Source: Candidatus Wildermuthbacteria bacterium RIFCSPHIGHO2_01_FULL_49_22b
GTDB taxonomy: Bacteria > Patescibacteriota > Minisyncoccia > Minisyncoccales > UBA10102
DNA length: 41,039 nucleotides
Direction of reading: 5' to 3'
Assembly: GCA_001823165.1 (NCBI GenBank)
Contig: MHTT01000010.1
Location: 1 to 41,039, forward strand
The notes under the pieces were generated by a model, which saw only the letters and a program-made list of their open reading frames with translations, had not been told where the DNA came from and ran no database searches. Made by a program: the position numbers and the translations under genes. The first letter of the stretch is position 1, and every line of letters begins with the position of its first letter. Below are positions 35,555 to 41,039 of this stretch, piece by piece.

Positions 35555-36436
35555 ATGGCTGTTTTTCTTATTCCTTTTCTCATTATTCTTGGAATCTTTG
35601 CCTTTGAAGCTAGAGACGAGCTCGTAGGCCGGCTTGATTTTCTGTTGCCAGATTTTCGCTTGCCTGTGCGGGAAAGCGAGCCCTCTGCGGCCGCGCCTCC
35701 CCAGCAAAGCATCCTGCGGCAGGGGCCTCCGGAGGCCCCTTCTCCCCCTTTGCAGGAACAAGGAGCGAACGTGTATGCTGACTGGATTGAGATTTCCAGC
35801 GTGCGCAGGCAAGACCCCTACCTTATCACCCTGCGCACCGACATCCCAAAAGGAAGCGAGCTCATCCTCACGGGCTGGTCGTTGGAAAGCAGGGTGCAAA
35901 CCTTCAAGGTCCCCCAGGGAGTAAAGCTGGTCCCAGCTGGCCTGGATGGGGCGGTTTTTGCCCCCATAGTCCTGGAATGGGGCGACAGCGTAAAGATTTC
36001 AGGGGCGCAAAACCCTTTCAAGCCAAAGTTCAGCTTCAGACCCAATGCGTGCTTCGGCTATCTCAAAGAAACCACGGAGTTTCCGGTTTCGGTTCCCTCT
36101 TCCTGCCCCAGTGACATTCCGAAAATAGAAGGCGTAAGCCACCTGTCCCCTGCCTGCCAGGACTTCATTCTGGATTTTGACCGGTGCAAAGAGCCGCCCC
36201 CGTATCCTGCAACCTCGTCTTTCGCGAATGACTTGCAGTGCAAGAACTTCTATGAAAATCTGAAGTTCCAGCTTTCCTACGCAGGGTGCGTCAAAACCCA
36301 CAAAACAGAGGATGACTTCTTTGACAACGAATGGCACATCTACGTTAACGAGGAAGAGCGCCTCATTCGCTCCACGCACGACCGCATCCTGCTCAAAGAC
36401 CCAGATGGGGTGATTATTGACGAGTACGTTTATTAG
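35555..36436 (+). CDS. Membrane-anchored, Cys-rich extracytoplasmic protein with lamin-tail-domain-like ends
   Basis: N-terminal TM helix (MAVFLIPFLIILGIFAF), a Pro-rich linker, then VYADWIEISS...ELILTGWSLES and the C-terminal DRILLKDPDGVIIDEYVY (LTD-like). It has 8 Cys. Confidence 0.55.
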   Translation: MAVFLIPFLIILGIFAFEARDELVGRLDFLLPDFRLPVRESEPSAAAPPQQSILRQGPPEAPSPPLQEQGANVYADWIEISSVRRQDPYLITLRTDIPKGSELILTGWSLESRVQTFKVPQGVKLVPAGLDGAVFAPIVLEWGDSVKISGAQNPFKPKFSFRPNACFGYLKETTEFPVSVPSSCPSDIPKIEGVSHLSPACQDFILDFDRCKEPPPYPATSSFANDLQCKNFYENLKFQLSYAGCVKTHKTEDDFFDNEWHIYVNEEERLIRSTHDRILLKDPDGVIIDEYVY

Positions 36437-36463
36437 ATAAAAAGAAGGGGGTGACCGCAAAGG

Positions 36464-36775
36464 TCATCCCCTGTATCTCTTCTTGCCGAGTCCAAAGGCA
36501 GTAGGAATAGAGGCCGGGCGCTCCAGGGAAAGCTTCATGTACTGTTTTGAACGGGGGAGTTTAGCCAATAATGCGTCTACATCCTCCTCCCGAGCCAAGA
36601 TGTGAAGCCCTCCCCTGTTTATCCGAAAACAAACAGGGAAGCCAAATCGAAATATCGCATCCCGCACATTTCTGCGAGTAAGTCTTCCTTCCACAACGGC
36701 TTTCGGAAGTTTTCCGTTGTTGAAGAGCTCTTCTGGCACGATCCCCTTGCGGAGATCTTCTAAGGGCCATTTCAT
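36464..36775 (-). CDS. Hypothetical protein (103 aa)
   Basis: Clean ORF with balanced composition, convergent with 35555..36436. I recognised no motif. Confidence 0.45.
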   Translation of the reverse strand: MKWPLEDLRKGIVPEELFNNGKLPKAVVEGRLTRRNVRDAIFRFGFPVCFRINRGGLHILAREEDVDALLAKLPRSKQYMKLSLERPASIPTAFGLGKKRYRG

Positions 36776-36840
36776 GGTCTGATCTCCTTCAAGAAGATTA
36801 GGGTACTAGTTTTTAGTATAGGGCAAAGTGAACATAATGA

Positions 36841-36870
36841 AAAGCGGCGTATCCACAGCTACGCCGCTTT
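36841..36870 (-). terminator. Intrinsic terminator
   Basis: aaagcggcgt (36841-36850) and acgccgcttt (36861-36870) form a perfect 10-bp stem. The minus strand continues TTTTCATTATGTT. Confidence 0.75.
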
Positions 36871-37081
36871 GTTGAGGGATGAACTTCCCGCACCCGACAT
36901 GGAAGCGCCTTCCAGCTCTTCCTGTCGCGATGATTCCCCTCCATTTACAATTGCAAACGGAGTTCTCGGGAGTGATGGGGCTCCCACAGGTTATCTTCCC
37001 CTCTCCCTCTAGCATTTCTACACTTCTCACCTCTCTTAAAACTATCTTTGCTTATACTGCCAAACCAAGAATAAGTCAAGT

Positions 37082-38005
37082 TCACCCATGTTTTATCTCA
37101 ATCACGTCGCCATCCTGCGCCGCGTACTCTTTTCCTTCCGTGCGCACCCAGCCCTCTGCTGCGGCTTGAGTGTATCCTCCGGCCTCCAACAGTTTGTCCC
37201 AGGAAATGACTTGGGCTTTTATGAAGCGCTCTTGAAAGTCGCTATGGATGACACCTCCAGCTTGAGGAGCAAGGGCTCCTCTTTTCACGGTCCAAGCCCT
37301 GGTTTCTTTCTCTCCTGCGGTAAAAAAGGTAATAAGGTCAAGGAGCTCGTAGCACTTCCTGATGAATTCTGGGAGGTTGGATACAAAACCAACTTCTTTT
37401 TTTTCTTCTTCTGAAAGCTGCTGCATTTCCAGTTCGTCTTTGAGATTTGCAATGACGTAAGGGCTGCCTAACTTCTTGAGCTGTTCTTGGAGCTCTTTTG
37501 AAACATCTTTCGGGTCGCAGTTCAAAAGATAGAGCGTGGGCTTTCTGCTTAACAGCTGGGACTCTGGAATGGAACTCCTTTTTTCATCTGCTTCCATATC
37601 CTTCAGCTCCAGTTCTATGTTAATGGTGTCAATATCCCGCATAGGGTCCACGGTTTTCTCAACATGGACAATATCGGCATTGGAAAAACAACGGGCAACC
37701 TGGCATATGGCGTCAACCTCCCTGATGCGGGCTAAAAACTGATTTCCCAGCCCTTCTCCTTTGTTTGCTCCCTTTACCAGCCCTGCAATGTCCACAAACT
37801 CTATAACCGTCGGAATGGTCTTTGCAGAATGAAAAAGCTGCGAGAGCCTCTCCAGGCGTTCGTCTGGAACCTGAACCACCCCTACGTTGGGGTCAATGGT
37901 AGCAAAGGGGTAGTTTGAAATATTTACTTCTTTTTTGGTCAGGGCCTGAAACAAGGTGGACTTCCCCACGTTGGGCAGCCCCACAATCCCAATGGATAAA
38001 CTCAT
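37082..38005 (-). CDS. ychF: Ribosome-binding ATPase YchF (short form)
   Basis: IGIVGLPNVGKSTLFQALT (G1), NYPFATIDPNVG, and FVDIAGLVKGANKGEGLGNQFL. The C-terminal TGS-like end is RTEGKEYAAQDGDVIEIKHG. Confidence 0.95.
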   Translation of the reverse strand: MSLSIGIVGLPNVGKSTLFQALTKKEVNISNYPFATIDPNVGVVQVPDERLERLSQLFHSAKTIPTVIEFVDIAGLVKGANKGEGLGNQFLARIREVDAICQVARCFSNADIVHVEKTVDPMRDIDTINIELELKDMEADEKRSSIPESQLLSRKPTLYLLNCDPKDVSKELQEQLKKLGSPYVIANLKDELEMQQLSEEEKKEVGFVSNLPEFIRKCYELLDLITFFTAGEKETRAWTVKRGALAPQAGGVIHSDFQERFIKAQVISWDKLLEAGGYTQAAAEGWVRTEGKEYAAQDGDVIEIKHG

Positions 38006-38081
38006 GCCCCAACTCTACCACTTCAACAGGCTTAGTGTAAACAAAAAATCGCTTTTCTGGCGATTCCTTGGGCTTTTGAGT

Positions 38082-38369
38082 TTATGCTTTGTAGGTAGAG
38101 TTGGATCGATCGCGCACTATGCCCTCTGCGATATACTCTTTCATGAGAGACTGATAAGGCACGTTGATTTCGTTGGCGCGCTCCTTTAATCGAGTGAGAA
38201 TGTGGTCTGGAATGCGAAGGGAGATGGCGCGGGAAGTGGGTTTGAGGTTTGGGAAAGACGCCTTCTCAAAATCAGAGGATTCAAAGTAGTCGGCAAGATT
38301 TACTTTTGCCCAAAAATCTCTTTCCCGATCTTCGCTCTTGACTTTTGGAACTTTAAGATTCTTTTTCAT
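38082..38369 (-). CDS. brnA: BrnA-type antitoxin (CopG/RHH)
   Basis: The internal ATG at 38369 gives MKKNLKVPKVKSEDRERDFWAKV...ISLRIPDHILTRLKERANEINVPYQSLMKEYI. It overlaps brnT by 17 nt. Confidence 0.8.
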   Translation of the reverse strand: MKKNLKVPKVKSEDRERDFWAKVNLADYFESSDFEKASFPNLKPTSRAISLRIPDHILTRLKERANEINVPYQSLMKEYIAEGIVRDRSNSTYKA

Positions 38370-38652
38370 GGTATAAGTGTAATTCTTTTTTGTTGAGGTC
38401 TCGGGCTGATATAACCCGTATCTTCTTTCTTCTTGTTGTAAAAGCGATAAATAATATCCGCTGCTTCTTTGTCTTTCCGAGAACGATATGCCGTTTCTCT
38501 TTGCCTGAATGTAGGGGGTCACGCAGTACGCGCTTTTGAGGGTCAAAGAATACTTCCTCGCATTCTTCGTTTCGTACTCTGTGCCTTGTAAAGTTCTTAT
38601 CTAAGTTCCCTTTATCCCAGTCAAACTCAATCGGCTCTCGAAAAACTCTCAT
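38353..38652 (-). CDS. brnT: BrnT-type ribonuclease toxin (DUF497)
   Basis: FDWDKGNLDKNFTRHRVRNEECEEVFFDP...RILFIAFTTRRKKIRVISARDLNKKE. Confidence 0.85.
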   Translation of the reverse strand: MRVFREPIEFDWDKGNLDKNFTRHRVRNEECEEVFFDPQKRVLRDPLHSGKEKRHIVLGKTKKQRILFIAFTTRRKKIRVISARDLNKKELHLYHEKES

Positions 38653-38655
38653 ACT

Positions 38656-38892
38656 CTATTGTATAACCTGGTATATACACTTGTCAAGAGGTTTAGAAAG
38701 CTGGAGCTTAAACTCAAAAGGTATCAACCCCCCATTCTCATTATGTCGAATTGTGTTCGTGCCGTGCCGACTAATAAGGCCATCCTCAAACTCTACCAAA
38801 AAATCACCTGTTTGGCGATTCCTTGATTCTTTAGAAGTTTTTGTATGTACCCTCGGATCTTCGTTCAACCGCAAGGATGCTAACCGCTCCAT
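38656..38892 (-). CDS. Doubtful small ORF
   Basis: A 78-aa ATG ORF that overlaps the relE 3' end by 62 nt and stops 3 nt before brnT. A shorter TTG start at 38799 is possible. No recognisable motif. Confidence 0.25.
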   Translation of the reverse strand: MERLASLRLNEDPRVHTKTSKESRNRQTGDFLVEFEDGLISRHGTNTIRHNENGGLIPFEFKLQLSKPLDKCIYQVIQ

Positions 38893-39073
38893 TCTTTCGT
38901 TGAAAGATTACTCTCAAATCTCCCCTGCGAACTCGAAAGATATCTCCTCTGCCTTTGAGTTTTTTTACGTCGAGTCCTGCAAGTTCCCCGCTCTCAATCT
39001 TCAAAAGAAGTTCTTTTACCTGACCGCGCTCTTTAGGACTCAATCTCTTGAGGGCTTTTGAGATTTTGTCCAT
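38831..39073 (-). CDS. RelE/ParE-family type II toxin
   Basis: KALKRLSPKERGQVKELLLKI ... KLKGRGDIFRVRRGDLRVIFQR follows the RelE/StbE pattern. It starts 6 nt after the antitoxin stop. Confidence 0.8.
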   Translation of the reverse strand: MDKISKALKRLSPKERGQVKELLLKIESGELAGLDVKKLKGRGDIFRVRRGDLRVIFQRKNGAVSILAVERRSEGTYKNF

Positions 39074-39079
39074 GAATCT

Positions 39080-39295
39080 CTAAAGGCGCGACAGAAGATC
39101 TTTGATATTCACTCCCCCTTTCTTGATCTTTGTGAAGTCAACAAGGGTTTCCCAGTTCTCGTCTTCCAAGGGAGCGACCATGCGAAACAAGGGCTTTGAG
39201 CGCCGCACCACGACATAATCGGTTCCCCTCCCAACATCGCGCACATATTTATCCATATTCTCGCGCAGGTCTTTCAAACCAACAATCTTTGCCAT
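39080..39295 (-). CDS. Phd/YefM-like type II antitoxin
   Basis: MAKIVGLKDLRENMDKYVRDVGRGTDYVVVRRSKPLFRMV. It sits upstream of the RelE-like toxin. Confidence 0.75.
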   Translation of the reverse strand: MAKIVGLKDLRENMDKYVRDVGRGTDYVVVRRSKPLFRMVAPLEDENWETLVDFTKIKKGGVNIKDLLSRL

Positions 39296-39336
39296 ATATG
39301 CTAAGTTTATCTAAAGATAATCTTTTGTCAAGGGCT
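39296..39336 (-). promoter_or_regulatory. Promoter with embedded operator palindrome for the Phd/RelE module
   Basis: The minus strand reads CTTGACA-AAAGATTATCTTTAGA-TAAACT-TAGCATAT-ATG. The 14-bp palindrome ttatctaaagataa (39307-39320) lies in the -35/-10 spacer, and the ATG is about 8 nt past the -10 box (leaderless-like). Confidence 0.5.
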
Positions 39337-39370
39337 CCTCGTTTCGGTTGGATGTGCAGTGAGAACTTAT

Positions 39371-39592
39371 TTACTTTAATAAATCCGTAAACTCACTCGC
39401 GGAAACCTCGGCATCTCGCAGTATTTTCCTCAGTAATCCTCTGCTAATCGTCCTGTAGTTCGGAATTGTTATAGGGCGTCTCTCTGGATGGTGTAAACGA
39501 AAATGACTACCTCGTTGTCGAACAACTTGGTAGCCGATCTTTTCAAACGTTTTTATAGCCACTCTGCAAGAAACTACTGGCAACTCTGCCAT
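39371..39592 (-). CDS. hicA: HicA-family mRNA interferase toxin
   Basis: VAIKTFEKIGYQVVRQRGSHFRLHHPERRPITIPNYRTISRGLLRKILRDA is a YcfA/HicA signature. Confidence 0.9.
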   Translation of the reverse strand: MAELPVVSCRVAIKTFEKIGYQVVRQRGSHFRLHHPERRPITIPNYRTISRGLLRKILRDAEVSASEFTDLLK

Positions 39593-39601
39593 AAGAAAAA
39601 A

Positions 39602-39850
39602 TTAGAGGGTAATGGTATGAAAACCCACCTCCCTTGGCCTATAGCTCTTGAGGGTCTGCTGGTTCTCTTTCTCCTCGAGTATAAGTTCAATAACTTCCCG
39701 AATGTTGCGTAGTGCTTCGTCAAGAGTTTTTCCTTGTGTATAACAACCACGAAACACTGGACATTCTACTACATAGAATCCATCCTCATCTTGCTCCACC
39801 ACAATAGGAAGTTGCGTGTTTTTTACTTTAGCCGAGTATGCTTTCTTCAT
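39602..39850 (-). CDS. hicB: HicB-family antitoxin
   Basis: PIVVEQDEDGFYVVECPVFRGCYTQGKTLDEALRNIREVIEL matches the UPF0150/HicB fold pattern. I prefer the ATG at 39850. Confidence 0.85.
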   Translation of the reverse strand: MKKAYSAKVKNTQLPIVVEQDEDGFYVVECPVFRGCYTQGKTLDEALRNIREVIELILEEKENQQTLKSYRPREVGFHTITL

Positions 39851-39949
39851 GTCTTCAAGTTTACCTCTTGCAGGAAAAGGAGTCAAACTGCTCCAATGGT
39901 TTATGTATCATACCGCATTTGCGCATATTTGTGCATATCCGAAATGAAT

Positions 39950-39983
39950 TACGGGTGCCGAACTTGAAAGAACAGCACCCGTA
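39950..39983 (-). terminator. Stem-loop directly after the DedA-like gene stop
   Basis: tacgggtgc (39950-39958) and gcacccgta (39975-39983) form a 9-bp stem. The minus-strand tail is ATTCATTT. Confidence 0.55.
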
Positions 39984-40613
39984 CTAAAAGACATTCCACG
40001 CTAAGCCGCCCACCGTGAGCAAAAACAGGTACTTACCTGTCCTTCCCACAAAACAAGCGAGAAGGAATTTCCACACGGGGTAGCGCATACCCCCTGCGAT
40101 GATACCCGTCATGTCAAACGGAGGGATGGGGGTAATGGCGAGAAACACGATCCAGAGCCCGCTTTGTACAAGCAGGCGCTCGATCTTTCCCGGGGGTCTG
40201 GATTTCTGTTGTTTTCGGCGCCTTTGGATACCGAAAAAACCGAGTATGCGCAGAAGCTTTGAACTCTCCATGCCCACTGCGTACCCGCTCAGTTCCCCAA
40301 TTGTCCCACCACAAGCATAGGCGCTTGCGACCAGAACAAGATTGAGCTGGTTCGTAAGCTCCAGAAGAGGCGGGAACGTGGCGCCAAAAAAGACAGGGGG
40401 CAAGAAGAGTGTGACATTCACCGAGAATCCCAACAAGAACGCCCCGGTGTAACCGTATTGGCCTAGCCCCTCCAGATTTAAGGCTCTAAAGATCATCATA
40501 CTCCCTATCGCAATAGCAACCAGGAGCACAGCAAGAAAAGTAATCCGCCAGAAGTTCTTCTTTGCATCCTGGCAAACACCTCCAAGATAGGTTCCTGATG
40601 CAGCATTCAGCAC
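39984..40613 (-). CDS. DedA/VTT-domain (YqaA-like) membrane protein
   Basis: Multi-TM protein with GYTGAFLLGFSVNVTLFLPPV ... GELSGYAVG ... PPFDMTGIIAGGMRYPVWKFL. Confidence 0.65.
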   Translation of the reverse strand: MLNAASGTYLGGVCQDAKKNFWRITFLAVLLVAIAIGSMMIFRALNLEGLGQYGYTGAFLLGFSVNVTLFLPPVFFGATFPPLLELTNQLNLVLVASAYACGGTIGELSGYAVGMESSKLLRILGFFGIQRRRKQQKSRPPGKIERLLVQSGLWIVFLAITPIPPFDMTGIIAGGMRYPVWKFLLACFVGRTGKYLFLLTVGGLAWNVF

Positions 40614-40672
40614 GTCATGCTCCTTTCTTGAGTACGTTTTTTGAGTATAGCACGAATATCTCCAGGGAGAAA

Positions 40673-41039
40673 CTATGGACGGATAAGGGTGCCGCGGAAT
40701 TGTTTTCCTTCCACGGCGGCCCTCAAGCTCGCAAGGTCTTTGCCAGAAAGAATCTTTGCCTCAAGGCCCAGCTTTTCAGCAAGCTTGGTTGCCACAGGGT
40801 CAACGGGAACAGAAAGCCCGGGAGTCCATTTCTGCGGAATAATGTGCTTGTATGCTTCCCAGGATATCTTCTTAATCGGTTTTGCCTTTCCGTTCTTTTT
40901 TGGGTCTGAATTATAGACAAAAGGCATGTCCTTGGCAATGATTACCTCTTTTGAACCAAACTTTCGCGCAAGTTCCACTGCGATATAGTCCGTGGACCAG
41001 CCGGGCCTCCAGCCCGAAGCGAAAAAAAGACGCCTCTTT
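40673..41039 (-). CDS. pyrH: UMP kinase (partial; N-terminus beyond the right edge)
   Basis: My own translation of the edge gives ...KRRLFFASGWRPGWSTDYIAVELARKFGSKEVIIAKD..., then VPVDPVATKLAEKLGLEAKILSGKD. The frame is open to the window end. Confidence 0.75.
   Translation of the reverse strand, partial: KRRLFFASGWRPGWSTDYIAVELARKFGSKEVIIAKDMPFVYNSDPKKNGKAKPIKKISWEAYKHIIPQKWTPGLSVPVDPVATKLAEKLGLEAKILSGKDLASLRAAVEGKQFRGTLIRP

Noticed and set aside
35237-35899. 220-aa minus-strand ORF overlapping the cofE-like start and the LTD-like gene
   Set aside because: The translation is Arg/Gly/Pro-rich and motif-free. It overlaps two better-supported genes on both strands.
36806-37030. 74-aa GTG-initiated minus-strand ORF
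   Set aside because: It reads straight through the perfect 10-bp terminator hairpin and has an odd composition. I treat the region as non-coding or a candidate ncRNA instead.
39371-39592. Alternative plus-strand ORFs (39196-39390 and 39503-39712) in the toxin-antitoxin region
   Set aside because: They are antisense to the HicA, HicB and Phd genes, which have clear family signatures, and they have no motifs.

Overview
This is a gene-dense 41-kb window, mostly coding on the minus strand. It looks like a small-genome, uncultivated bacterium, possibly CPR/Patescibacteria-like. That placement is an inference from several traits: an archaeal-type RibL, truncated ATP synthase delta and epsilon subunits, DUF5679, DUF3105 and lamin-tail-like proteins, and almost no Shine-Dalgarno sequences. 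Left to right the window holds: (1) the str-operon end (rpsL-rpsG-fusA, fusA running off the left edge), an M50 protease, rpmB and tRNA-Pro(GGG). (2) An AT-rich two-gene block directly after the tRNA, encoding a soluble GAF-GAF-PAS histidine kinase translationally coupled to a signal-peptide-less type-1 periplasmic-binding-protein homolog. (3) A second, paralogous orphan kinase, an MFS transporter, ndk, a secreted ComEC-type MBL domain and a DUF5679 zinc ribbon. (4) A trxB-dsbA-DUF3105-SDR-doxX thiol-redox operon. (5) An oxidative pentose-phosphate cluster (zwf, gnd, pgl, tal) interrupted by rdgB and a PaaX-like (wHTH + Cas2-like) regulator, with four copies of an ACGATCGT-centred palindrome. 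(6) gdh, ccdA, a 55-aa Cys-rich ORF missing from the track, glutaredoxin, ArsR and an FMN reductase. (7) A complete F-type ATP synthase operon (atpBEFHAGD-nudix-atpC) with a NUDIX gene wedged between beta and epsilon, tailed by a beta-carbonic-anhydrase-like gene. (8) RibL-like and CofE-like genes, a Cys-rich lamin-tail-like membrane protein and ychF. (9) Three tandem type II toxin-antitoxin pairs (BrnTA, Phd/RelE, HicBA), a DedA/VTT-like membrane protein and a partial pyrH. There are no rRNA genes, CRISPR arrays, transposases or integrases. The most unusual non-coding signal is that many intergenic spacers are built from phased 7-8-nt tandem repeats, each spacer with its own unit. There are also several nested inverted repeats and two ORF-free, terminator-bounded stretches that could be ncRNAs. 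All family calls come from reading motifs in the translations; no database search was run.
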